64,000 nt of DNA from assembly GCA_002104945.1 (NCBI GenBank), contig MCFH01000036.1, forward strand, positions 124,001 to 188,000, read 5' to 3'. The position numbers were made by a program, and so were the translations under genes. Shown here piece by piece: positions 40,201 to 52,694 of this stretch. The notes beneath the pieces were generated by a model. That model did not search any database. It had not been told where the DNA came from and worked only from the letters and a program-made list of their open reading frames with translations. Every line of letters starts with the position of its first letter. Positions within the stretch are counted from its first letter, which is position 1. The DNA is from Piromyces finnis finn. Lineage: Eukaryota; Fungi; Neocallimastigomycota.

Positions 40201-43200
40201 TGATAATTCCATTCAAAATCATATTAACAACGAAATTGCATTAAATATTAATCAACGTATTCAAAATGTTTTAACAAACTATGATCAAATTCAAAATCTT
40301 AAAAACATCACCAATAATTCAGTAACGTCCATACACGAAAACAATCCTAGAATTACTAGTTTCTTAGAGGAAGATAGTAATAGTGATAGTGAAGTTGAAG
40401 GAGATATTGTGATAGATGAAGAAAAACCTTCACTTATAAAAGGTATTCTTAATCGTACCAAATCTTATCAATTTTCTAAAAGAGCGCCTAGCACAAGAGC
40501 AAAACGAAATGGAGAGTATGAAGGAGAGTTGGTATCTTCCGTCAGTCATAAAAACTTTACCAGTTATAATATGAAAAGTAATGAATCTAAAAATAGGTCT
40601 TACACTTCAGAGGATCTCATCTCAAACTATACTGACGATCGGAATTATAGTGTTGACTGTATTTCAGAATATGATATGGTGTCAAATAAATTAACCAAAA
40701 CGGATAAGAAAAAGAGGAAAATGTTTAAATCTTTTCATTCCTTTAAACAAAAATCGGAGAATAATTTATCACGTAAAGGAGTTATAGTCAATGCTGATAA
40801 TGGTAATGTTTCATTAAATACATTAAATACTTATAAAAGTAACAAAAATAGCAATAAAAGTTGTTGTATTTCCGTTTCTGGAATTGGTAATTACGACGAT
40901 GGAAATAAGAATTTCAGTAATATCAATATACTTCCTTCTAACCTGTCATTGAGTAATTATAGAAGTCAAATGGTATTGGACGGAGACGCCGATAGCAAGT
41001 GTTATTCCTCAATAGATATAAAAAACACTACAAAATCAAATAATAAATTAGCAGAATCTTCTGATAAGAAAGAAAATACTTCGTATGACAGTGGAAACTT
41101 AGCCTCACCTATTTTTTTCAGTAAATTTGGTGATGCTAGCAATGATACTTCGGGTAATACCAAAGGCATTGTTAGTCCTAATCATAATGCTGCAGAAAGT
41201 TTTGATCAAATGAGTTTTCGTGATAATAACACTAAACTTGATTCAATGAAAGACAGTAGCAACTCCATGTCCTCTTCAGCAGACGATACATCCCCTAGAA
41301 AAATATCAAGATTTTCTAAAACCACAAATCACACGGCCTCAATGATCATTAAAAAGAGAATTAGTTTTATGTCTGATTCTACTTCCGTAAAAGATAAATT
41401 AACTTCTTCTGATACAGACAAAATTAATGAATTAAAGAGTTTCGATACCACAAACAGTATAACCAACAAAAACAATTCTCATAGAACCAGTATTACCAAG
41501 TTGAATGAAAATACCATTCCAATACCTATTAATGAGAATGACAATGAGAGCGAAATTGAAACTATTCACAACAAAAAGGATAATAGTATCGATAACGCCA
41601 AAATAATAGATAATATGAGTATTAATAACGATAATGGATCCATTATGCGAACAGCTGTAATTGACAATAATGAATATTCACCATACATTCCAAGTAATAC
41701 CGATACTACTACAAATCAAGATATCTTAAAACTAAAAAATAATAATAATAATGACTATATCATTAATATATCACCAAATACGTTCCCGCCACCAATTAAA
41801 AAATCAACAAGTAAATCATTAATAATCAAAAGTAAACATATCTCGCCAAACTTTGGTAAATCAACCCGAATTTCCAACAAAAAATCAATATACAATACCA
41901 ATACACAAAAAGATCAAGAAATTACTGGAATTATTGATACCATTTCAAAAGAATTGGAAAAGATAGAGGATGAGGAATACTACCATACAATTGCTAAAAC
42001 AACGATGTGTAGATTTACTCATATTTTTAAGGAACCTTCTCTTGAAAAGGTATATCAGAATGCCATAAAAAAACAGTTTTCACCTTTATCTTTGATGAAA
42101 AAAATAATTACCTATCCTATCTTTATATTTTTTACTCTCTTCCCTGTCTGTTTTAATTTCTATGATTTTAATTATGATCATAGTATACATTTCAATTTTA
42201 TTAACGGAGAAAAAGAAATCATCAAAAGCAATTTTTCGGCATTAGATAATATTATTAAAAAGCCTTTATTCATCATACTAGTTTCACTTTTCCTATTTTC
42301 ATCACTATTATTAATAATTGACGCCTTCTTTTTCACATATAATTCAAAAATTAATAATACATTAAGAGTTTTAAATATTGTTTGGATCTATGGAATATCT
42401 GTCTATCTTATTTTTTACAGATTCCATATTGAATCGTATTTTATATTTATTGTTTTACTAGTAAATATATTTTATAAACTACCGTTTATTATTCATTCTA
42501 TCTTAGCTATATCCTATATTGTAATAATATGTATATGTACATTCATTAAAAATGATATGAGAGTTTTCATAAAATTAATTATGATTGCCATACCATTTTC
42601 CATTTTATTAATATTCTTCCTTTCTGGAAAAGAAATGCAAAACAGAGTAAAGGTAAATATTTTATAATATTATTTATATTTATTTCCATATAAAAAAGTA
42701 ATTTGAATAACGACAACAGCAACAACAATAATAATAGGATTGATAATAATACTAATAATAATAATAATAATAGTAGTAGTGGTAGTAGTAGTGGTAGTAG
42801 TAGTAGTGGTAGTAGTAGTAGTAGTAGTGGTAGTAGTAGTAGTGGTAGTAGTAGTAGTAGTAGTAGTGGTAGTAGTAGTAGTGGTAGTGGTAATGATAGT
42901 AGTAGTGGTAGTGATAGTGATAGTGGTAAATCGAATAGTATCAAGGATAATAATTATTAATTTATATTAATTTTTTTTTGATAATATATATAGTTTGTTT
43001 TAAGAAAAACAGTTATTCATCAACATAACACAGCCAAAAATGAAGATAAAAAATCTCTTCAACTTTTATATAACTGTTTACCGGAATTTGTTGTTCATGA
43101 ATTATGTAAGGAAAATCTTAGTAGTTGGCGGGCCAGAAGATTTGATGGGGTAACCATTTTTTGTATGGATGTTGTTAACTTTACAAAACTTAGTTCCAAT

Positions 43201-44100
43201 CTTTCACCTCAAGATGTCATTGCTCTTTTAAACGAAATATTTTCTGAATTTGATAATTTATGTACCAATGGAATAGAAAAATACCAAACCATAGGAGATG
43301 CCTATCAAGCAGGTGCTGGATGTCCATATCCATGTAGTGATCATGCCATTAAAATGATAAATTTTTCAAAAGAAGTATTAAAAGTAACAAAGAAATTCAA
43401 TGAACAACACGATATTGATATTATTATGTCAAAGAATAATAACCTAGCACCAAATATTAATTTAATGAAAAAAGATATATCTGAGCCGTATAATATTAGA
43501 GCTAGTCTTAATACCCATGATCATCATACATTTGGTTCCTACGAAAGTTATTCAAACGTCAATAATAGTAATAATAGTAATATTAGTAATGTTCATCCAC
43601 ATAAAAAAGGAAGCTTCCTACTTTTCAATGAAAATATTCTCAAACACAAAATGCATGGAGTTGACAATATTAATACCAACCTAAGAGGAAGTCAAAGTTT
43701 TTCCCATCCAAATTCACCTTTTGTACCATTTTCACCATTTGAATCCAAAGCATTTACCAATTTCAATAATCATAATTTAGATACCAATAAAATTAAAAAT
43801 GTCAATTCAAATTCTAACATTATTAAATTATTCCCACATATTGATATTCGTATTGGTGTTTACAGTGGATACGTCTTTGCTGGGGTTATTGGAGGTCAAA
43901 AGCGTTTTAAATTTGAAGTTTTTGGGGATGCCATTGATAAAGCTACCTTACTAGAAAGTCATGGCGTAGTTAATCGAATTCATGTTTCACAATCTGTTTA
44001 TGAACAGACTTGTATGGATGTTAAGTATGAATTATTAGAAAAGACTATTAAAGAAATTGGATTTAATGGATATTTAGTTGTCGATGAAGATAATAACTAA
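34278..44100 (+). CDS. Membrane-integral class III nucleotidyl cyclase, predicted adenylyl cyclase; 6TM-cyclase-6TM-cyclase; about 2785 aa; 9 exons
   Basis: Phase-consistent exons 34278-34349, 34578-35118, 35333-35536, 35670-38605, 38740-38902, 39054-39161, 39273-39540, 39694-42652 and 42994-44100. Domain 1: ASVLFIDCKG, TKIKTIGTKY, MGIAVGPLVTGICGSKKFLWDIWGDTCNMASRM. Domain 2: VTIFCMDVVNFT, EKYQTIGDAY, IRIGVYSGYVFAGVIGGQKRFKFEVFGDAIDKATLLES. Two hydrophobic blocks of about 6 helices (38090-38560 and 42100-42625). The first two exons are least certain. Confidence 0.9.
42715..42930 (+). repeat. Compound (AAT)n/(AGT,GGT)n microsatellite inside the last intron of the cyclase gene
   Basis: Lies within intron 42653-42993; accounts for the poly-Leu, poly-Val and poly-Ser ORFs in the track. 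Confidence 0.9.
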
Positions 44101-45612
44101 ATATTATAAATAACTAAACATCATACATTATAATATTATTATAATTTAACTAGCATAATAAATATTAATAAGTAACTAACGATGATGATGATACTAATAA
44201 TAATTAATAATTATAATAATATAATAATAGTAATAATTATAGTAATATACATATAATTTATTTTTTTAAATATTATCTATATTTTTCAATTTGTATACAT
44301 GCATATATCTATATAATTCAATTATGTTTTTTTTTATGAATTTTTAAAATAATAAAAATAAAAAAATATAATGATATTTAAAATATTTAATTTTCTTCTA
44401 TTGATGCCGAAATAATCAAATATATTGTTTTTAATATTATTTAATTTTTTTTTTTTATGTTAAAATGAATTTTTTACTTTATAAACGAACTGATTAATTG
44501 ATTTCGTTTAAACTGCATATAAAATATAGTTAATAATAGAAATCGCTATTATAAAGTATTTGAAAGAAAATTGTATAAACCATCATTAAATAGAGTTAAG
44601 TTAAAAAGGATGGGATTATATAAATTTTAATATTAAAAGTATTCATCACAAAATAAATTATGTTATCCATTAAATAATAATAAAATAACAGCCTTAACAA
44701 CATTAATATATTATTAATATTAATACTAACACTAATAATAATAAATGCTTTTTTTTATTTAAATTTATAATAAAAGTTGTTAAAAAAACTAACATCAGGT
44801 ATTAAGTTGGGATTTCAATCTTGAATAGTAGAATAGAGTTGTAAAGTATAAAAATGTTATAAATAGTCATGTATTTTTTTTTATTTTATTTTTTTTATAA
44901 TTAACATATTATAATCTAATCCTATGAAATTGTTTAACGAAATGTTTTTTTATGTATTAAAATACATAAATAGTTTCTTTTTTTTTTTAATATATTATCT
45001 ATTTATTTGTATTAAATGTCAAAAACTTTTTTTTTTTTAACCTACTTTTTTTAATTTAATTAAATTAAAGTTTGTGTGACATTGCGGTAAGTGCAAATTA
45101 TAAAACAAAAGAATAATATATTGAAAATATACTATAATTTAATAACAAATGATTTTCAATTTATATTACATTTTGACCGCAAAATAGATAAAAAAGGCAG
45201 TAATTTAAAATCTTTAAATTTTTTTAGATTATCTAAACTTTAATTAATAATCTTTTATTATGTAAACATTTTATTTTGACATATTCTGTATATTTTTTCA
45301 AAAAAAAAACATAAATCTATAAATTCATAATATGAATATGAATCACATGACCCATGTACATTATATTTTAAAAGATAAAAATATTAAAGAAATACTAATA
45401 ATAAAATAAAAAAGGTATATATATGGTTATTTCCTTTTAATTAATATGACAATGTTTTGTGTTTTATTATCACTATTCTTTCATAATAATTATATTTCAT
45501 AATAATAAAGGTAAATTTGATTTGCAAACTATCATTAGGATCTGTTAATTTTTCATAAAAATTATAGCTTGTAATTATGTAACATGCTTGACCTTTTCAT
45601 TTTAAATTTATG

Positions 45613-45644
<32 letters not shown>

Positions 45645-47049
45645 TTGAATCTATCCAATTTATATTATTCATCAATATCAACGTGTTGATGACGATGCTC
45701 GAAAAGATGATATTATTGTCATCTTTTTTAATTATTAATATATAGATAAATATTATCAAATTACTGACATGATAATGATACTATATAATAATTATAATAC
45801 TATAATAATTATTAATTATAATGCTTATTTATTATTAATAGTATGATTATTAATTTTGGCATTATTAATAATAATATTATTATATATTATTATATATCTT
45901 ATTATATAATATTTCTATTATTATTTCATATGTTATTAATTATTATTTATGTTTTTTATAATGCTTTTTCTATATTTAAAAAATAATTATATTAATTTAA
46001 ATTTAAAGGAATTTGGCGAATAAAATTAATTTAAATAAATTAAAAAAAGCATTTTAATATATTAAAATACCTATAATTAAATTAATAGTAAATGAAATAA
46101 ATTAAATTTGAAAATAAGCTATTTTAATACAAAAATATATATTACACAATCAATTATAATATATTATATTGTATCCATTATATATTAGTCATTTTTTAGT
46201 TATTATTTAATATAAAATAAAGTTTGTTGTTGTATTAACTATAAAAAAATATTTATAAATATATTCTAATATATATAGATTATATATATTCAATTGAAAT
46301 TAATCTATTTAAATCGTTTATCAACATTTAAATAGATTGAATAAATTAAAGTAAATTGGATTATTAATAAAAATTAATATAACTTATATTAATCTAATAC
46401 TTTATAATTTTCTACCGTCCTACCTTCCAATTATTAAATTAGAATTTAATAATAATAATAATAATAAATTCTTTTTATTTTACTTTAACATTTTATATAA
46501 AATCTTTTTTATTTAAATAATTATAATTTATATTGAGCAAGATTAAAGAAGAAGTAAAAAGGAAATCTGAATAAAAATTCAACAAATCAAACATAAAAAA
46601 AGTATTTAATATTCAATAATACAAAAATCTATTCTTAAAGAATAGAAAATGTTGTATATTTGTAATTTAATTGCTAAATAGCAGACTATTAATAGATTTT
46701 GATAATCATTTATCATAATAAATTATTTTATAAAAAAATAGAATTATTTAATAAATATATAAAGTAATTTAAAGTATATAAAGAAAAGAAGGAAAATACA
46801 ACAATTATTTGTAATTTTTTATTGTATTTATTGTATTTTAAAATTTAAGTTACTTTTATAAATTATTAAGAGAATTTAATTATTTTGGTAAGTTTTTTTT
46901 GACATTGACATATTCAAATATATATATATATTCTGAGATAAATGAAAAAATTTAAAATAAAAAAAAAAAAAGTAGCATAAATAATAAATATTATTTTATA
47001 TTTTGTTCAATATACATATTTAAATAGTATATAAAATTTTCATTTGAAA

Positions 47050-49212
47050 ATGGATATAAAACTCTTTTATATATGTGTATTAGTTATTGCTTATTTAATT
47101 CAATCATGTTGCTCACAAAAGCAACAACAACCCTATATAGAAATTATTGAAGCTAATCTCAATGGAAAAAGTATTGAAGAAGGTAAATTAACACAATTTC
47201 TTTGGTTATCATAGAATAATAATAATGGATTCTAATCATAAAATCCTAAAAACAATAAATTTAATTTTATATTATAATAAATTTTATAAATTATTAAAGA
47301 ATTATAATATAAAAAATAATAGTAAATTAAATTTTATAAATATAAATATATTTTTATTTTTATTTAATATATAAATAATAAAATAGTGGTTAATAACGCA
47401 ATCGATGATATTGCTAAAAATATATTCAATAAGGATGCTAAATCTTTAAGCACAAATCCAAATCCAACCACAACAGTAGTAAAGGAAACACTTGATAATA
47501 AAGATGATGATGAAGAAATAAAAGCAGCAGAAGAAATTGTTGCAAAACCAACTACAGTAAATTCTCCAATTCCAACTACAGCAGCACCTTCTGTAAAAAC
47601 AACTACACAAGTCATTACCAGAACCACAACAGTTGTAATCTCACAACCAAAAACAGTTCAAAATTCTCAAACATCTACAACAAGAGTTATAACACAAGCC
47701 CCAACTACAGTACCTCAAGTAAATGTAAATACTTCTAGTTCAAAGTCAATACAAAGTTCAAGTAAAAATTTAAATACTAATTCAAAGATTGTTACCACCA
47801 CTACAAATAATCAATCATCAGGATCAAGCAACACAAATTATAGCAGTAGTAACTCAAATATTAGTGCTAGTAGTACAAATACTAGCAGTAATGCTTCAGC
47901 AGGAACATCTAATAATGCTGTTGTAAGTAATGCTATTGTATCAAATCCTATTCCAGATAATAGTGATAACAACAATATTCAAATACAAGCAGCAGAACCT
48001 GAAGCACAATCACTATCCTCTCCAGATAGCAATTTATCAACTAGTCCAGATAATAATTCATCCGTTGGTCCAATTGTAAACAATTCTGATAATAAATTAG
48101 CAGGAGGTTTAGACGGACAAAATAACACCAATAAGGAAGCAGGAAAAAAGAGTGGAATACTTTCATTAGTTGTTAAAATTAGTCTTGGTATTGCTGCTGG
48201 TGGTATTTGTATTGCTGGATTAATTGTTGGTAAAAATAAATTAAGCCAAAAATCTGATAAAGATGTATTACCAAATAATAACTTTAGTTTTGAAAACTTA
48301 CCAAGTAATACTTTTGGAAGTAATGCTGTTATGAATTTACAACAAGTAGATCCAACTTTTGTAGACCCAAACGATAATTACACACAAAAACTTCAACCAA
48401 ATAACTATCTCAATAATCCAAACCTTCCAACAGACAATATTCCAAATGGTGATTTTATTAACACAGACAGTATAGAACCACTTCCAAATCTTGTTAATAA
48501 AGTTGATGTTGAATTACCAATTTATAATATTAAAGAAGAAAACTATAATACTGTTGGTAGACAAATTGAAGAAACTGAGCCAATTAATACATGGAATGAA
48601 GATGAAGAAATTAATGATGAAACTCAACTTATCAATACTAATGAAGGATATAACCATATTGTTCCAGAAATGGGTGAAATGGTCATTGAAAATAATCATC
48701 GTCCAAGTTTATATGCTGCTCTTGAAGAATTAGAAAATGAAGGTGAAAGTCAAGATCCATTACCAAATGAAAATATGAAACAAATTATTCCAGATATTCA
48801 ATATGCCACTGTAGAAGTTAACAATGAATTTGATAATATTGATATTGACGATGAAGAACTTAATCAACCAGGAAATGACAATATGAAACAAATTATTCCA
48901 GATATTCAATATGCCACAGTAGAAGTTAATAATGAATTTGCAGGTATTGATGAAGATGAATCTATAGATAGAAATTCTAGAGTAGTTGTTGATATTGATG
49001 CTCAACACAATCCTCATCGTGATACAGTTGCATCCGTAGATGCCGATGTTCAAGAATTAAGAGTAAGTCAGGATTTTTTAGCCATGCCAAGTAATATTGC
49101 AAATTTTAAGAACATTTCAGATACCTATCGTAATGCTTTAAGAGATACTTTTGATTCAGGAAATCGTGATACTTTAAATAGTACTGATTCTATATTACAT
49201 AAATTAAGATAA
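47050..49212 (+). CDS. Type I single-pass membrane protein with signal peptide, Ser/Thr-rich ectodomain and acidic cytoplasmic tail (cell-surface sensor-like architecture), about 652 aa
   Basis: Exons 47050-47182 and 47387-49212 (phase 1). Signal peptide MDIKLFYICVLVIAYLIQSCCS; TM segment ILSLVVKISLGIAAGGICIAGLIVG followed by KNK. Confidence 0.85.
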
Positions 49213-49692
49213 AATTGCGGTTGATCCAATTTTTTTTTTTTATCTATTTTCTCTCCCCTCTTTTTATATATATATATTTATATATAAAATTTTAAATAAA
49301 ATTAAATGTACTTAGTATATTAAAGTATTTTATTTTTATTTTATTTTTTTTTTTTACAGTAACTATAAAAATTGTTTAATTTTATTTATTAAATTTATAT
49401 TTTTATTTTTTTAATTTTAATTTTTTTTATATCATTAAATATATTTTAAAAAACATACCATATACTTTTACCATAATTATTCAATAAAATAAAATAAAAA
49501 AAAATAAAAAAAAAAAAGAGTTTTAATAATGTTTTAATAAAATGGGATTATGTTTTTTTTTTTTTTTTTTAAATATATATATATCAGAAGTATTTTATTT
49601 ATTTATTATCTATTTACATTTTATATTTTTAAAGAAACTTTACAGTTGTTACTTCAAAAATATTTTATAGTTTTTTTTTTTTTTTTTTTTTT

Positions 49693-49869
49693 TTACTGTG
49701 ATTCCTTAATTTTTTTTATTATAGCATTTTGAACACCTTCCATTTTTCTTTTATGAGTTTGTAAAGAAATTTGAGCTTTTTCGTCTGAAATGCCTGACCC
49801 AACTCTATGAAATAAAAAGGAAGTTTGTTTTATTCTTCTAGCAGGATAATCTTTTTATAGATATAAATA

Positions 49870-49920
<51 letters not shown>

Positions 49921-50673
49921 TATATTTTACCTTTTAAACATATAATTATATGTTATGAAAAAAAAATAATTTTGAAATTCAAATTTCAAAATTAACATTT
50001 TTTTTTTTAATTAGATAAAATGCCAATAATAAATATACATACCTTTATGATTATACAAATTTGTAATTTTTTTATTAGAATTACTTGTATTTTTTATTAT
50101 ATTTCTAATATTTTCTTCTGATGTGGTCATCATACTACCATCAGCATTCAAATATCTCATCTGTTTTTGCGGTATTGATTTTATATCGTTTTTATTTTCT
50201 TGAAGGGTATCTAAAGCATCATTTTGACTTTTATTAATAGATAAAGTCGTTATTATTGGATTTTTTAATAATTGCTCATGGGGTGTAATTTTTTTTGAAG
50301 TTATTTTTAATACATCACGTTTATTTCTTTTCCTAACATAGGGCTTGATAATTTTTGGTTTTTCAGTATCTATATTTTTTATATCTTCAAAGAAATCTTC
50401 TGTGGTATTATGACTCGTTTCTAGAGATTGAGTTGGTATATTCACTTTATTTGTATTGAAAGGAATTAAATTTCCATTATTTTCATTCTTTAGATTTTTA
50501 TTTGAAATGTTATAAAGTGGTTTTTTGCTTTCCTCTTCTTTCTTCTTCTTCTTATTATTATTTAATTCATTTTCATTCCTATTTTTAATATTATTATCAA
50601 CTTTAACTTTTATCGTATTCAGATCTTTTATGGATTTTACACCTGGTGGAAGTAAAATTTCATTGAAATTCAT
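49693..50673 (-). CDS. Hypothetical Lys/Asn-rich protein, about 262 aa, 2 exons
   Basis: Exons 50673-50043 and 49850-49693; GTATGT donor, phase consistent, ends KKIKESQ*. No family recognised. Confidence 0.75.
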
Positions 50674-50854
50674 ATTTTATTTATTAACTAACCTTTTTTT
50701 TTTTTAAAAAAAAAAAAAAAAGAATAATTATAAATTTTATAATATTGTTAAAATAATAAATCAACCTATAAAATTTCAAGATTTAATTAGAAAAAATTTT
50801 AAAAATTTTTAAAAAAAAAAAAAAATTCATATCATTACAATATAACACGAAGAA
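50674..50854. promoter_or_regulatory. Probable bidirectional promoter region (181 bp between divergent ATGs)
   Basis: ATG at 50673 (-) and ATG at 50855 (+) are head to head. No specific element identified. Confidence 0.55.
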
Positions 50855-51692
50855 ATGGATATTGACGATTTAAAAGATTCCCTAGTAAATCTATTATCTT
50901 TAATAAAAAATACTAAAGATATAGTAAATGATGATGATATAAAATATAATGAAAACGATTCATTAAAAGATATTATAGAGAAAATCCGTTCTTTATTATG
51001 GATGAATTCAAAAACTTTTTCTGATAAAGTGTCAAATGAACTTGAAGAATCATTTTCTAACCTTATTCAACATTATCCACAAGAACTTTCAGAAAAAGAA
51101 AGTTTCATGATGAGAGTATGTTTTATTTATTAATATAGTTTAATAATTTATTCAACCCTCATTTTTCATAAATCGAAAAGAAGAATTAAAGGAGAAAAAA
51201 AATAAAATTAAAATTAAAAGATTTAGATTGAAATGTCTAAAATTTGAAATTTAAATTTTAAAATTTTTTATTAAATCATTTTAATATTTTTATTATATTT
51301 TTCATTTACATTTATATAGTGTACCAGTTTATTAACTAGTATTTTAAATACTCAACAAACAAACAGTACTGAAGAAGAAACCAAAATAAATGAAAAGGAA
51401 AATGAATCTAATGAACTTTTTTCAAAAATTTTCATTAATAAATTTTCTAATGGTTTTGGTAAAGAACTTAATGATATACAACAAGTATGTATATACTCAA
51501 TTTAGTATAATGTATTAAATTAGTTATAAATATTTATTGATGATAATTAAAATAATATATATATATTGTATAAAAATTTAACAGGAAGAACAATTGTCAA
51601 TTGAAAGAATGAATTTCTTGGTACAAAATCTTCAAGATGTCAAGGAATTATATAAAGATGAAAAGAAATATTGGTTATTAAATAACAAATAA
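50855..51692 (+). CDS. Small helical protein, about 177 aa, 3 exons; C-terminus weakly resembles the Rsa3 (ribosome assembly) domain
   Basis: Exons 50855-51115, 51320-51484 and 51585-51692, all phase 0. IFINKFSNGFGKELNDIQQEEQLSIERMNFLVQNLQ resembles the Rsa3 pattern from memory; the family call is tentative. Confidence 0.7.
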
Positions 51693-52231
51693 TTTAAATT
51701 ATTTAAATACACATATTTTATTTTTTTATTTATTATTTATATTAAATTATAATTTTTACAATGTATAATAGAAGTCTTTTTAATAGAAACATATAATCTA
51801 TATATGTTCATTATTTATATTTACCTCAAAAATTGCTTTTTTTTTTTTTTTTTAAAAAAAAAAAAATAAATAAAAATAATAATAATAATAAAAAAAAAAA
51901 AAAAAAAAAAAAAAACAATATTTTATTATAAAAAAGTTACGGAAATCTATAATTTTTTTTTTTTTAAACTTCAAATAGTATAATACAATATATATATATA
52001 ATTTTCTTTTAAATAATGGTATACAAGAAAAAAAAAAGTGAATAGAAAAATACAAACATAAAATAAAAGAATTCAAACTTTGAAATATTCAAAAATTTTA
52101 ATGAACTTTATGATGTAGAAGTGTATATATTAATAGACATAAAGCTTTATATATTATGGGAGGGAGGGAGATATAATATATTAATATAGTTGATTTCAGA
52201 TACGTTTTTTTTTTTTTTAAGTTTATTAGTA

Positions 52232-52649
52232 TTAATTTTCAATAACTTCTGCTAAAAGGGTAGTTGTTTGTATAGGTATATGCTTATCTGAATTTTTGGT
52301 TTGTACAATTAAATAAAATTTTTGTAACTCTGGTTGATTATTAACACACTATTTTATATAAAAAAAAATAGAGTGATTAAAGAAAAAAATATATATATAT
52401 ATATTTTATAAAGATTAGTGGATTTGTATATAATTACTGTATAATATATATATTAATAATAATTTACCATATCTAATTCACTTCCATTATTATTGTTATT
52501 ATTACTGTTATTGTTATTAATTTCAATACTTTCAATACCATCTCTTTCTATATTATTTATGGGTTGAATACCAAAATTTTTTATTACTCTAATAAATAAA
52601 TATGTTTAATTATAAATTCAATGTATATTTTAGTATAGTATCTCCTATA

Positions 52650-52694
<45 letters not shown>

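Noticed and set aside
42579-42970. Poly-Leu, poly-Val and poly-Ser ORFs
   Set aside because: Translations of an intronic microsatellite.
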